From Rickettsiales bacterium (GTDB lineage Bacteria > Pseudomonadota > Alphaproteobacteria > Rickettsiales > UBA3002), in assembly GCA_044239745.1 (NCBI GenBank), contig JBIIAV010000004.1:1-34784 (forward strand): 34,784 bases of DNA, in the 5' to 3' direction. The position numbers and the translations under genes were made by a program. This document shows positions 1-10,381 of this stretch, in pieces. The notes below the pieces were generated by a model. The model saw nothing but the letters and a program-made list of their open reading frames with translations, was not told where the DNA came from and did not search any database. Positions within the stretch are counted from its first letter, which is position 1. The number at the start of each line of letters is the position of its first letter.

Positions 1-55
1 AACGCATCTGCCATTACAAGTAATCGACCCGACACGCACACGAACCGAGAAGATT

Positions 56-802
56 ATGGCAGGCCATTCCCACGCAGCAAACATCGCACGCCGCAAAGGC
101 GCACAAGATATTAAACGCGGCAAGATATTCACCAAGATTGCCCGCGAGATCATTGTCGCGGCCAAGGGCGGGCCGGATATCAACTTCAACGCCAAGCTGC
201 GCACGGTGGTCATCAAGGCGCGTAAAGAGGGGATGGCGAAGGATCGCATCGACGCGGCGATTGCGAAAGGTAGCGGCACCGGCGCGACCGACAACTATGA
301 ATCGGTGCGCTATGAGGGGTATGGCGCGGGCGGCGTGGCGATCATCGTGGATGCGCTGACCGATAACCGTAACCGCACCGCCAGCGACCTGCGCAGCATC
401 TTCACCAAGAACTCCGGCAATATGGGTGAAGCTGGCTCGGTCGGGTTCATGTTCGAGCATGTCGGCATCATCGAGTACCCTGCCGACAAGATCCTCGAGG
501 ACGCGATGCTTGAGGCAGCGATCGAAGCCGGCGCCGAGAATTGCGAGACGGCGGACGGGGTGCATGTCATCACCACCGCGTTTGCGAGTTTCACCACGGT
601 GCGCGATGCGCTTTCGAAACGTTTTGGTGATGCGGCGAGTGCGAAACTCACGTTCGTGCCGAAAATCATGGCGCCTGCAACGGGCGACGACCTTACGGCG
701 CTGCTGGAGCTGGTCGAGGCGCTGGAGGACAACGACGACGTGCAGGAAGTCTATACCAACCTCGAATTGAGCGACGCCGACGCCCAGAAACTGAGTGCCT
801 GA
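56..802 (+). CDS. yebC: YebC/PmpR family protein
   Basis: 248 aa; MAGHS start, YEGYGAGGVAIIVDALTDNRNRT motif, DDVQEVYTN end; typical position upstream of ruvC. Confidence 0.96.
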   Translation: MAGHSHAANIARRKGAQDIKRGKIFTKIAREIIVAAKGGPDINFNAKLRTVVIKARKEGMAKDRIDAAIAKGSGTGATDNYESVRYEGYGAGGVAIIVDALTDNRNRTASDLRSIFTKNSGNMGEAGSVGFMFEHVGIIEYPADKILEDAMLEAAIEAGAENCETADGVHVITTAFASFTTVRDALSKRFGDAASAKLTFVPKIMAPATGDDLTALLELVEALEDNDDVQEVYTNLELSDADAQKLSA

Positions 803-1077
803 TGATCCGGTTCCTCCTCTTCTTCATCCCCGTGCTGACGTTCCTTGTGCCCATGCGCTGGTTCGGGTTCTATGCCACGTTGATGATGGCGGTCGTCGCC
901 TATGTGACCTTGATGCTGACCCTGCTCAGCGACCAAACCGCGCAGGCCATCGCCTCGTTCGGGGTGGAGGTGGTGCTTGGCTATATCGCCCTTAACTTGG
1001 CGCTGCTTGGCATACGTTATTTCCTCATCCGCCGCGCACGGGCGCGCATCATCAAACTGCCGGCACCGAAGGCATGA
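802..1077 (+). CDS. small hypothetical membrane protein
   Basis: 91 aa, mostly hydrophobic with a basic C-terminus; start overlaps the yebC stop (TGATG) and stop overlaps the ruvC start (ATGA). Confidence 0.75.
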   Translation: MIRFLLFFIPVLTFLVPMRWFGFYATLMMAVVAYVTLMLTLLSDQTAQAIASFGVEVVLGYIALNLALLGIRYFLIRRARARIIKLPAPKA

Positions 1078-1565
1078 GCGGTGCCCACCGCATCCTCGGT
1101 ATCGACCCCGGACTGGTGAGCACCGGCTGGGGCATCATCGAATCCAAGGGTTCATCCCTCACCTTTGTCGATTGCGGCACCATCGCCCCTAACAGCAAGG
1201 CGGCGTTAAGCGAACGCTTGCTCGAACTGTATGCCGATCTCACCCGCATCATCACCCTTTATAAGCCAACGACGGCGGCGATCGAGGAAACGTTCGTGAC
1301 CGCCAATGGCGCAAGCACGCTGAAGCTTGGCCAAGCCCGCGGTGCGCTGATCGTCACGTTGGCGTCGCAGGGGCTGACGGTGGCGGAATATGCGACGCGG
1401 ACGGTGAAAAAGGCGCTTGTCGGCACCGGTGCCGCCGACAAGAACCAAGTGAGCCAGATGGTGGGTGTGCTGATGCCAGCTAGCCGCCCTGCCCTTGCCG
1501 CCTGCAAGCACGACGCGGCGGATGCGCTGGCGATCGCCATCACCCATGCGCATCATGTGCGATGA
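1074..1565 (+). CDS. ruvC: Holliday junction resolvase RuvC
   Basis: ILGIDPG, AIEETF, KLGQARG, GTGAADKNQV and DAADALAIAITH motifs. Confidence 0.97.
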   Translation: MSGAHRILGIDPGLVSTGWGIIESKGSSLTFVDCGTIAPNSKAALSERLLELYADLTRIITLYKPTTAAIEETFVTANGASTLKLGQARGALIVTLASQGLTVAEYATRTVKKALVGTGAADKNQVSQMVGVLMPASRPALAACKHDAADALAIAITHAHHVR

Positions 1566-1700
1566 TGGAAGGCTACGCGCCGACCACTCAATCATTCGAG
1601 GTTATCCGTGCGTAGCGCTTTAGGGCGCGAGCCGCGAGCGAAGCGAAGTGAGGGGAGCCGTTAGGCAGGGGCGGTACGCCCCTATGTGGCAACGCCACCA
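1565..1700. repeat. intergenic palindromic repeat, copy A (REP/MITE-like)
   Basis: Reverse complement of 1565-1638 aligns colinearly with 16004-16078; also hairpins AGGGGCG-GTA-CGCCCCT (1667-1683) and GTGGC-AAC-GCCAC (1686-1698). Confidence 0.8.
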
Positions 1701-1758
1701 CTGAATAACTCATGCGTCCTGCTCGACTATCGCGTTTATTTGAGGTAGTTGAAGACGC

Positions 1759-2397
1759 ATGATCGGAAAACTGACCGGACGGGTGGACGAAGTGGCCGAG
1801 GATCACATGATCCTCGATGTCGGTGGTGTCGGCTATCTGGTGTTCGCCAGCGCCAAAACGCTGGCCGCCATGCCCGCCAAGGGCGGCGCGGTGTCGCTTC
1901 TCACCGAGACGCATGTCCGCGAGGATCATATCCATCTTTATGGGTTCGCAAGCGTCGCCGAGCGCGTCTGGTTCCGCACCCTCACCACCGTGCAAGGGGT
2001 GGGCGTGAAAATGGCGATGGCGATCCTGAGCACCCTCACCCCCGAACAGATCCTGACCGCGATTGCGGCGCAGGATAAAAAAGCGCTGACGGTGGTCAGC
2101 GGTGTCGGCCCCAAACTCGCGGAGCGTTTGGTCATTGAACTCAAAGGCCATGCCGTGAAGCTGGGTGCGGCGGGCTTCAGCATCGCGCCCACGACCACGG
2201 CTGCCGCCCCTGCCGGAAAAGGCAAGAAGGCCGCCGCGCCCGTTGCCAGCGCGCTGGAAGACGCGCTCTCGGCACTGGTGCATTTGGGCTATGGCCGCAG
2301 CGAAGCCTTCTCGGTGGTGGTGCGGCTGCAACAGGAAACACCGGATGCAAAGCTCGATAGTCTCATCCGCGATGCGCTGCGCGAGCTTGCCGCATGA
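1759..2397 (+). CDS. ruvA: Holliday junction branch migration protein RuvA
   Basis: [47 protein letters not shown]. Confidence 0.97.
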   Translation: MIGKLTGRVDEVAEDHMILDVGGVGYLVFASAKTLAAMPAKGGAVSLLTETHVREDHIHLYGFASVAERVWFRTLTTVQGVGVKMAMAILSTLTPEQILTAIAAQDKKALTVVSGVGPKLAERLVIELKGHAVKLGAAGFSIAPTTTAAAPAGKGKKAAAPVASALEDALSALVHLGYGRSEAFSVVVRLQQETPDAKLDSLIRDALRELAA

Positions 2398-3437
2398 GAG
2401 AGAGCACCGCACTCACCTCGCCGCAGCAGCTGGAAGGCGATACGGTCGAGCATTCCATCCGCCCGCAATCGTTGAGTGATTTTACCGGCCAGCCGCAGGT
2501 GATTGAAAATTTGGATGTCTTCATCCGTGCGGCCAAAACACGCGGCGAAGCGCTCGATCATGTGCTGCTTTATGGCCCCCCCGGATTGGGCAAGACCACG
2601 CTGGCGAACATCGTTTCCAAGGAAATGGGCGTCAACTTCCGCGCCACCTCCGGCCCGCTTTTGACCAAGGCCGGCGACCTTGCCGCCATCCTCACCAACC
2701 TGCAAGCGAACGATGTGCTGTTCATCGACGAGATCCACCGCCTCAACGCCGCGGTCGAGGAAGTGCTCTACCCCGCGATGGAGGATTTCAAGCTCGACCT
2801 CATCATCGGCGAAGGCCCGAGCGCGCGCACCGTGCGCATCGATCTGCCGCCGTTCACCCTCGTTGGCGCCACCACCCGCATCGGCCTGCTGACGGGCCCC
2901 TTGCGCGACCGTTTCGGCATTCCGCTGAAGCTGAATTTCTACGACGTAGCGGAGCTGAAAAAAGTCATCACCCGTGCTTCGTCGCTGCTCAAGGTATCCA
3001 TCACGGGCGATGGCGCGAACGAGATCGCCAAACGCTCGCGCGGGACACCACGCATCGCCGTGCGGCTACTCAAGCGCGTACGTGATTTTGCACATGCCGC
3101 CGGTAAGGATAGCATTGATGCGACGATGGCGGATGCAACCTTGAAACGCCTTGAGGTGGACGGGCTGGGGCTCGACGCGTCCGATCATCGTTATTTGAAA
3201 TTCATCGCCGAGCATTACGACGGCGGGCCGGTCGGGGTCGAGACCATTGCCGCCGCCCTTTCGGAAGCGCGCGACACGATCGAGGAGACCATCGAGCCGT
3301 TCCTGCTGCAGATCGGCTTTCTTCAGCGCACCCCGCGCGGGCGCATGATGACGGCCACCGCCTTCCGGCATCTCGGCCTCACGCCGCCGAAGAAGCCGCT
3401 CGAGCCGGCGCAACTCGGCCTGCTGGACGGTGAATAA
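2394..3437 (+). CDS. ruvB: Holliday junction helicase RuvB
   Basis: Walker [10 protein letters not shown], Walker [25 protein letters not shown]. Confidence 0.98.
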   Translation: MRESTALTSPQQLEGDTVEHSIRPQSLSDFTGQPQVIENLDVFIRAAKTRGEALDHVLLYGPPGLGKTTLANIVSKEMGVNFRATSGPLLTKAGDLAAILTNLQANDVLFIDEIHRLNAAVEEVLYPAMEDFKLDLIIGEGPSARTVRIDLPPFTLVGATTRIGLLTGPLRDRFGIPLKLNFYDVAELKKVITRASSLLKVSITGDGANEIAKRSRGTPRIAVRLLKRVRDFAHAAGKDSIDATMADATLKRLEVDGLGLDASDHRYLKFIAEHYDGGPVGVETIAAALSEARDTIEETIEPFLLQIGFLQRTPRGRMMTATAFRHLGLTPPKKPLEPAQLGLLDGE

Positions 3438-3440
3438 GCG

Positions 3441-3890
3441 ATGTCGATGAACGCTTACGCCAAGGATGACGCGTTCCATTTCCCCGTGCGCATCTTCTAC
3501 GAGGATACGGACGCGGGCGGTGTGGTCTATCACTCAAATTTCCTCAATTTCTGCGAACGCGCCCGCACCGAATGGCTGCGCCACCTCACCATCGGCCGTG
3601 AGCGCTTGCAAAGCGAATTCGGCCTGATGTTCGTGGTGCGCCGCGCCGCCATCGACTATCGCCGCCCCGCCCGACTGGACGACCTGCTGATGGTAGAAAC
3701 CCGCTTGCAGGCGATGGGCAAAGTGCGTATGAGCTTGATTCAGACCATCACGCGCGAGGGCACAACGCTTGCGACCGTCGAGGTCGAGGTTGTGGCGGTG
3801 AGTGTGGCGGATTTCACGCCGATACTACTGCCGCAAGCGCTGCGCGACCTGCTGCCGGACGCACCGGTGATGGAAGAACGAAAAAAATAA
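3441..3890 (+). CDS. ybgC: Tol-Pal associated acyl-CoA thioesterase YbgC
   Basis: RIFYEDTDAGGVVYHSNFLNFCERARTE hot-dog thioesterase motif; lies between ruvB and tolQ. Confidence 0.93.
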   Translation: MSMNAYAKDDAFHFPVRIFYEDTDAGGVVYHSNFLNFCERARTEWLRHLTIGRERLQSEFGLMFVVRRAAIDYRRPARLDDLLMVETRLQAMGKVRMSLIQTITREGTTLATVEVEVVAVSVADFTPILLPQALRDLLPDAPVMEERKK

Positions 3891-3903
3891 CGTTGGAGAA
3901 TCT

Positions 3904-4692
3904 ATGGCTGTATCTACTGCTGCACCTGTTGATGGCGTCAATGCCGCCGATGTCGCCGGCACCGTGGCGGGCGTTGCACCGGCCGGACATGACATGTCGT
4001 TGATCGGCCTGTTGGTGCATGCCGAACCGCTGGTGCTGGTCATCATGCTGCTGCTCATCGGCATGTCCGTCGCGTGCTGGGCGATCATCATCGAGAAGAT
4101 GACGGCCTTGCGCAGCGTCAACGAAAAGACCAGCCAGTTCGAGAACGAGTTCTGGTCGGCCGAAGCGCTCGACAAATACTACGAGAAAGTGAAGAAACGC
4201 AAATCGAAGCACCCGATCGCGCTGATGTTCCTTGCCGCGATGGACGAGTGGTTCCGCAGCAAAGGCCAAGAACGGCTGGTGCCCAGCACCTCGCGCGGCG
4301 GCAGCGACCTTACCATCTCGGTGAAGGAGCGCATCATCCAGCAAATGGCGCTTACCCGCAACCGCGAGATGGAGCGCTTGGAACGCGGGCTTGGCTTCCT
4401 TGCCACCTCCGGCGCGTCGGCACCGTTCATCGGGTTGTTCGGCACCTGCATCGGTATCATCAACTCCTTCCGCGCTATCGCCGGCTCGCAGAATACGTCG
4501 CTCGCGGTGGTCGCACCCGGCATTGCGGAAGCGTTGTTCGCCACCGCGATCGGCCTGTTCGTGGCCATCCCCGCGGTGATGGCCTTCAACAAATTCAACG
4601 GCGAACTGAACCGCCTTGCCGGAAAGCTCGAGGATTTCTCGATGGAATTCCAGATGCTGCTGTCGCGCCAGCTGGATAAGGGTGGCCACTGA
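3904..4692 (+). CDS. tolQ: TolQ
   Basis: Three TM segments; APFIGLFGT and LAVVAPGIAEALFATAIGLFVAIPA motifs; GGAG RBS. Confidence 0.95.
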   Translation: MAVSTAAPVDGVNAADVAGTVAGVAPAGHDMSLIGLLVHAEPLVLVIMLLLIGMSVACWAIIIEKMTALRSVNEKTSQFENEFWSAEALDKYYEKVKKRKSKHPIALMFLAAMDEWFRSKGQERLVPSTSRGGSDLTISVKERIIQQMALTRNREMERLERGLGFLATSGASAPFIGLFGTCIGIINSFRAIAGSQNTSLAVVAPGIAEALFATAIGLFVAIPAVMAFNKFNGELNRLAGKLEDFSMEFQMLLSRQLDKGGH

Positions 4693-5144
4693 TGGGCGCC
4701 CAGTTGCAGGGCGGCGGGAGTCGGCGCAGTCGGTCGACCCGCAACTCCGGCGGGTTCAACGAGATCAACGTGACCCCCTTCGTCGACGTGATGCTGGTGC
4801 TGCTCATCATCTTCATGGTCGCCGCACCGATGATGACGACGGGCGTCACCGTCAGCCTGCCGAAAACGCAGGCGTCCTCCATCCCCGGTAACGACGAGCC
4901 GATCAGCGTTTCCATCAAGCGCGACGGCACCGTTTTCATCCAGACGACCGAGACCTCCGTCGAGCAATTAGGCACCAAGCTGCAGGCCATTTTGGGTGAG
5001 AAGAAAGACACGCGCATCTTCGTGCGCGGCGATACCGCGATCGATTACGGACAGGTCATGCGCGTCATCGGTGCCATCAACAGCGCGGGCTACTCCAAGG
5101 TCGCATTGCTGACGGATACCTCGGGCGTCCCCACGAAACGATAA
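4692..5144 (+). CDS. tolR: TolR
   Basis: EINVTPFVDVMLVLLIIFMVAAP, RGD...YGQVM. Confidence 0.96.
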   Translation: MGAQLQGGGSRRSRSTRNSGGFNEINVTPFVDVMLVLLIIFMVAAPMMTTGVTVSLPKTQASSIPGNDEPISVSIKRDGTVFIQTTETSVEQLGTKLQAILGEKKDTRIFVRGDTAIDYGQVMRVIGAINSAGYSKVALLTDTSGVPTKR

Positions 5145-5158
5145 CGGATAGGCGAACG

Positions 5159-5980
5159 GTGGCGCTGTTGGAATCACGCAGTCTGAGCTTTTCCATCCTG
5201 CTGCATGTGGCGGCGGTGCTCGTGGCTGCCTTCGTCCTGCCGGCGCTGCTTCCGCCGCGCGCCGAACCGATGCCGCTGGTGATGACGGTGGAGCTGTTGC
5301 CGGTGGGCGAGACCACCAACATCAAGCCTTCGGAAAAACCCATCCAGAAGGAAAAGAAAGCGCCGACGCCGAAGACCACCAAGCCGGTGCAGCCGACGGT
5401 GACGGAAAAACCGAAAGAGCCGAAACCACCGACGCCGACCGCGGATAAAAAACCGTTCGACCCGACGGAGGAGACCGTACCTTCGGATAAGGCAAAGCCG
5501 AAGGACAAACCGAAGGAAGAAGCCAAGCCCAAGGAGGACGACTTCGAGGCGCTGCTCAACAAGCTGAAACAGGAAGCCAAGACGGATAAATCCAAGGAGG
5601 CAAAGGACAGCACGAATAGCGAGGAGAACAAAACACGCTCCGACGCCGCTTACGACGACTCGATGCCGCTTTCCATCAGCGAGAAGGATACCATCCGCAG
5701 CCAATTCCTGACCTGCTGGACGATGCCAGCCGGATCGAAGGACGCCCACACGCTCGCCGTGCGCATCAAGATGGAACTTCAGGCGGACGGCACGGTGCTC
5801 AAGGCCGTCATCGCGCCCGACCAGATGGGACGCTATAACAGCGAGCCATTCTTCCGGGCGGCGGCCGATAGTGCGCTGCGCGCCGTGTTCAAATGCAGCC
5901 CGCTGAAGAACCTGCCGCCGGAAAAATACGGTAGCTGGCGCGAGATGGAGCTGAACTTCGACCCGCAGGATCTGCAATAG
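5159..5980 (+). CDS. tolA: TolA (TonB-like)
   Basis: N-terminal TM with S..LH motif, Lys/Pro/Glu-rich linker, C-terminal domain (CW..P...AADSALRAV..C.PL...LNFDP); between tolR and tolB; GTG start. Confidence 0.88.
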   Translation: MALLESRSLSFSILLHVAAVLVAAFVLPALLPPRAEPMPLVMTVELLPVGETTNIKPSEKPIQKEKKAPTPKTTKPVQPTVTEKPKEPKPPTPTADKKPFDPTEETVPSDKAKPKDKPKEEAKPKEDDFEALLNKLKQEAKTDKSKEAKDSTNSEENKTRSDAAYDDSMPLSISEKDTIRSQFLTCWTMPAGSKDAHTLAVRIKMELQADGTVLKAVIAPDQMGRYNSEPFFRAAADSALRAVFKCSPLKNLPPEKYGSWREMELNFDPQDLQ

Positions 5981-6093
5981 CCAACCCACGCGGCCGCACC
6001 ATGTGCGTATGTGCGCAGCTGAAAAATCACGGTGGAATTTTTATACCGCACAGGCTATGCGTGACGGGCTGAATCCATTTCACAGGTAGTTCT

Positions 6094-7410
6094 ATGCGCC
6101 GTTCCCTTTTGCTCACGCTTTTTTCGATGCTTGCCTTCGCGGGGTCGGCGCAAGCCGAACTCAAGATCGACATCACCAAGGGCAACGTGGAACCGATGCC
6201 GATCGCGGTGACCACCCTGACCGGCAGCGGTATGGGCGATGCGACGGGCGAGAACATCAGCAGCGTTGTCGCGGCCGACCTTGAGCGCTCGGGATTGTTC
6301 CGCCCCATCAGCAAGGATGCATTCATCGAACAGATCACCAACGGCGACGCGGTGCCGCGCTATGCCGATTGGCGCCAGATCAGCGCGAACGCACTCATCA
6401 CCGGTACCATCACCCCCATCGGCGGCGACAAGGTACGCATCAGCGTGCGGCTGTGGGACACCACCTCGCAACAACAGATCGCCGGTAAGGAATACAACAC
6501 CTTCGCCCGCAACTGGCGGCGCGTCAGCCACCTGATTGCGGATGAGATTTACAAACGCATCACCGGTGAACAGGGCTACTTCGATACGCGCATCGTTTAT
6601 GTCGCCGAATCCGGCCCTGCCAAACGCCGCGTAAAGCGCCTTGCCATCATGGACCAAGACGGCGCCAACCACAAATACCTGACCGAGGGCGGCAACTTGG
6701 TGCTGACCCCGCGCTTCTCGCCCAACACGCAAGAGATCCTCTACATGTCGTATTCGGGCAATCAGCCGCGCGTCTTCCTGCGTGATCTGCAGACCGGCCG
6801 CGAAGAATCAGTGGGCAAGTTCAGCGGCATCTCGTTCGCGCCGCGCTTCAACCACGATGGCTCGCGCATGCTGATGTCGATCGCGCAAGGCGGTGTCACC
6901 AGCATTTATGAAATGGAACTGCGCAGCCGTTCGATGAAGCGGTTGACGCAATCCGGCGGCGCGATCGATACCTCGCCTTCCTATGCACCCGATGGCCGCG
7001 CCATTGTCTTCAACTCCGACCGTGGCGGCAGCCAACAGATTTACACCATGGACAGCAACGGCGGCAACATCCAGCGCATCAGCTTCGGTACCGGCAACTA
7101 TTCCACGCCGGTATGGTCGCCGCGCGGCGACCTCATCGCCTTCACCAAGCAAGCGGGCGGTAAATTCTATATCGGCGTCATGAAGCCGGACGGTTCGGGC
7201 GAGCGCCTGCTCACCCAAAGCTGGCTGGACGAAGGCCCAAGCTGGGCACCCAACGGCCGCGTGATTGTCTTTGGTCGGGAGGCACCCGGTGGTGCGGGCG
7301 GCAATCGCTCGAAGCTCTATTCGGTGGACGTGACCGGCTATAACCTGCGCGAAGTGCCGACCCCGATGGACGCTTCGGACCCCGCTTGGTCGCCGCTATT
7401 GCCGATGTAA
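6094..7410 (+). CDS. tolB: Tol-Pal beta-propeller protein TolB
   Basis: Signal peptide, GYFDTRIVYV, PD40 repeats (PRFSP, PSYAPDG, PVWSPRG, PSWAPNG), ending SDPAWSP. Confidence 0.97.
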   Translation: MRRSLLLTLFSMLAFAGSAQAELKIDITKGNVEPMPIAVTTLTGSGMGDATGENISSVVAADLERSGLFRPISKDAFIEQITNGDAVPRYADWRQISANALITGTITPIGGDKVRISVRLWDTTSQQQIAGKEYNTFARNWRRVSHLIADEIYKRITGEQGYFDTRIVYVAESGPAKRRVKRLAIMDQDGANHKYLTEGGNLVLTPRFSPNTQEILYMSYSGNQPRVFLRDLQTGREESVGKFSGISFAPRFNHDGSRMLMSIAQGGVTSIYEMELRSRSMKRLTQSGGAIDTSPSYAPDGRAIVFNSDRGGSQQIYTMDSNGGNIQRISFGTGNYSTPVWSPRGDLIAFTKQAGGKFYIGVMKPDGSGERLLTQSWLDEGPSWAPNGRVIVFGREAPGGAGGNRSKLYSVDVTGYNLREVPTPMDASDPAWSPLLPM

Positions 7411-7434
7411 CGACGCACCTTCCGTCGCATACGC

Positions 7435-8604
7435 TTAAACGCCCGCGATGAGCCCGCGTAGGCGCGGCGTATCCACCCATCCCGAATCGCGATGGATCAT
7501 GAGCGTGAGCTTCGCATCCGCGATGTGATTCATGAACCGCGCGACGCCCTGTATCACGCGGATGACGGTTTCCTCGTCCGGTGGGACGCCGTTGGGCGCG
7601 ACATGGCACATGAGTGCGAGGCGGACAGTGGCGAAACGCTGCACCATGATGGCGGCGCGCTGTAGCATCGTGATATCGGCGAATCCACCGAAGGGGAAAT
7701 AGGTCATCGCCACTTGCGCTTGCAGCCAGCGCCGCAGTACCGGTGCGAGGGATGTTCGGGCATCGATCTGCCAGCGCCCCACTAGCCGTGCGTGTACATG
7801 GAAACTATCCGCCCCCATGGTGATGCTGCGTGCCGCACGATCGAACCGGCAATCCAACTGCTGCTCCATCGTGGCCATGATATCGCAAAGCCGCGCATGC
7901 GGGTTGGCAGTTCCGAATGCCTCCAGCAGTGCCAGCGCGTAATAAACTGCATAGGCCGCCGCAGGTAGCGCGGCGGGTTCGGTCATGGCCATGCGCTGCT
8001 GAACAAGCGGCAGTAGTCCGCGCCAATCGCCGGTTGGCGCCTCGGTCAGCAGCTCGGCCAAATGGAGCAACTCGGCCAGCGCTTCTTCCGGCGGGCGGGC
8101 GTTGTCGCCGGCGATTGCCATCGCATGGGCATGCAGCGCATCGACCTGTGCTGCACTCCAGCCATCGGGCACCAGATCGCGCCGAGGCTGCGGCTCGCGC
8201 CCGAGTAACGTGTCCTGCACGGCGAATGGTTGCGGCTCGCTGAGGATAATCCGCAGCATTTCCGGACAGGAGATATCGCCCACCATGCGGTATTGCCCCG
8301 CGACCGCGTGCAGCGTACGCGGGTAAAAATAGCAGGCATCGCCCAGCATTTCCTCGCCGTACTGCGCTTGGATGTTGCAGCCGCCTTCGCAGAGCTGATT
8401 GCAGGCCTGCTGCGCGCCACCGCGGCGCATGATGCCGGCCTCAGGGTCGATCGCGGCGAGCAGCTGTGGCGCCTTTTCCTGATAGCAGGCGCGTTGGCGG
8501 GCATCGACGGGCATATCCCAACCACGACAGCAGGTGTCGGGGCACTCCGCCCCCAAACAGCGGAACGTGGCAACGCAGGCATGGTGTGTGGAGGGTGCAG
8601 CCAT
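7435..8604 (-). CDS. FliB-like (flagellin lysine-N-methylase family) Cys-cluster protein
   Basis: 389 aa; FRCLGAECPDTCCRGW, C..L...CNIQ..YGEE.L...CYFYPR and SCPE pattern typical of the FliB family. Confidence 0.8.
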   Translation of the reverse strand: MAAPSTHHACVATFRCLGAECPDTCCRGWDMPVDARQRACYQEKAPQLLAAIDPEAGIMRRGGAQQACNQLCEGGCNIQAQYGEEMLGDACYFYPRTLHAVAGQYRMVGDISCPEMLRIILSEPQPFAVQDTLLGREPQPRRDLVPDGWSAAQVDALHAHAMAIAGDNARPPEEALAELLHLAELLTEAPTGDWRGLLPLVQQRMAMTEPAALPAAAYAVYYALALLEAFGTANPHARLCDIMATMEQQLDCRFDRAARSITMGADSFHVHARLVGRWQIDARTSLAPVLRRWLQAQVAMTYFPFGGFADITMLQRAAIMVQRFATVRLALMCHVAPNGVPPDEETVIRVIQGVARFMNHIADAKLTLMIHRDSGWVDTPRLRGLIAGV

Positions 8605-8855
8605 CGGTTGCTATGTTAGGCAGGCATCCCCTGAAAAAACAGCAAATTATTATGGGCGTGGCCGCCGCCTACGGATGACGGTTTCCGGCGACTGTTACAA
8701 TCTTGCCACAGATGTGTTCTTTCGCACGTAGGGGTTCTGCCTGCAACACATGGCACCTTGTCAACGCCCTCTGACTGTGCAATACAGCGCATGCAAATTG
8801 CCTTAAGATATAAACCGCAGGCAAGTAAAAACTATTATCTTTCAGGAGATTAAAC

Positions 8856-9332
8856 ATGAAAAAGACTGCATTGGCTCTCGCTTCTGCTCTGTTGCTTCTC
8901 ACCGCGTGCGACTCGATGTCGACGGATGGCGCTGGCGCTGGTGGCGCAGGTGCGAACGGTTCGGGTGGCGGCGTTCTCGGTCAAGCGGCCGACGGTTCGA
9001 ACATCACCGACCGCGTATTCTTCGCGACCGATAGCTCGGTCATCGATGCTGACGGTCAAGCAGCCCTCGACCGCCAAGCCGGTTGGTTGAAGAGCAATAC
9101 CAGCGTGAACATCGTGGTCGAAGGCCACGCCGATGAGCGCGGCACCCGTGAGTACAACATCGCCTTGGGCGAGCGTCGTGCGACCGCTGCGAAGAACTAC
9201 CTCGTCAGCCAAGGTGTTGCTGCTAGCCGCATCTCGACCATCTCGTATGGTAAAGAGCGTCCAGCCGTTGCCGGTAACGAAGACAGCGTGTGGAACCAGA
9301 ACCGCCGCGCTGTGACCGTCATCGCCAACTAA
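8856..9332 (+). CDS. pal: peptidoglycan-associated lipoprotein Pal
   Basis: Lipobox LTAC; OmpA-C motifs EGHADERGTREYNIALGERRA, SYGKERP, NRRA; AGGAG RBS. Confidence 0.97.
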   Translation: MKKTALALASALLLLTACDSMSTDGAGAGGAGANGSGGGVLGQAADGSNITDRVFFATDSSVIDADGQAALDRQAGWLKSNTSVNIVVEGHADERGTREYNIALGERRATAAKNYLVSQGVAASRISTISYGKERPAVAGNEDSVWNQNRRAVTVIAN

Positions 9333-9355
9333 GCGACGGTTACACGAAAGCAATC

Positions 9356-9385
9356 AAGCCCGCTGGGAAACCAGCGGGCTTTTTT
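9356..9385 (+). terminator. intrinsic terminator after pal
   Basis: AAGCCCGCTGG-GAAA-CCAGCGGGCTT followed by a T run. Confidence 0.9.
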
Positions 9386-9451
9386 GTTGCCGAGCTACTT
9401 GAACCCTCGCCAAAAACTTGCTAGCGAGGGGCAACCCCTACGGAGTTATCT

Positions 9452-10381
9452 ATGCGCGTGTTATCCTTCTTGTTCCTCGGACTGGCCATGACCGTGAATA
9501 CGGCAGCGTGGGCACAGGAAGATACCAGCGCCTTGGTCGAGCGCCTCGACCGTTTGGAACGCGATGTCAGCTTCGTGCAAAAGCAGGTCTATCGCGGTGG
9601 CGCGGCCGATGGCACCGGCGGTGGTGCCCCCATCAACAACGGCCAAATGCAGGTGCGCTTCAGCCAGATCGACGAAGAACTACGGCAGATCCGCGGGCTG
9701 ATCGAACAGACCCAGTTCCAAAGCCGTCAGACGGCGACGGACATGAAAAAACTTTCCGACGATGTCGATTTCCGCCTGCGCGCGATCGAACAAAAACAAG
9801 CCGCGATGCCGGTGGCTGCCACCGCCCCTGCCGCCGACCCCATGCTCTCGACCAGCGCCGATGAAAAACCCGAAGCGGCTGCCCCTGCTGCTGCCGCCGC
9901 CACCAAAGCGGAAGGCGCCACTGCGACGGAGGAAAAGCCCGCCAACTACAAGCCCGAAAGCAAAGAGAAACCAGCGCTGACGGGCAAGGACTTCCCCGAT
10001 GCCAACGCGCATTATTCCCATGCCTTCAAGCTGCTCAACGAAAAGAAATTCAGCGAAGCAGCAGCCAGCTTCGATGCCTTCGTCAAAAAATATCCCAGCG
10101 ACCCGCTGACCAGCAACGCCTTCTATTGGCTGGGCGAGAGCCAGTATGTGCGCAGTGATTTCACGCGCTCGGCCGAAAGTTTCCGCAAAGGCTTCGAGGT
10201 GAATCCGGAAGGGCAGAAAGCACCGGACAACCTCTATAAGCTCGCCATGTCGCTGTCGCAGATCAAGCGCAAGACGGAAGCCTGCGTGGTGCTGTCGCAG
10301 GTCATCAAGAAATACGGCGAATCGGCCGCACGCACCGCCGCCAAGGCCGAGGAAGCACGCACCAGCCTGCAATGCCAGTAA
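9452..10381 (+). CDS. cpoB: Tol-Pal protein YbgF/CpoB
   Basis: Signal peptide, N-terminal coiled coil, C-terminal TPR (NAFYWLGES, KAPDNLYKL); downstream of pal. Confidence 0.93.
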   Translation: MRVLSFLFLGLAMTVNTAAWAQEDTSALVERLDRLERDVSFVQKQVYRGGAADGTGGGAPINNGQMQVRFSQIDEELRQIRGLIEQTQFQSRQTATDMKKLSDDVDFRLRAIEQKQAAMPVAATAPAADPMLSTSADEKPEAAAPAAAAATKAEGATATEEKPANYKPESKEKPALTGKDFPDANAHYSHAFKLLNEKKFSEAAASFDAFVKKYPSDPLTSNAFYWLGESQYVRSDFTRSAESFRKGFEVNPEGQKAPDNLYKLAMSLSQIKRKTEACVVLSQVIKKYGESAARTAAKAEEARTSLQCQ

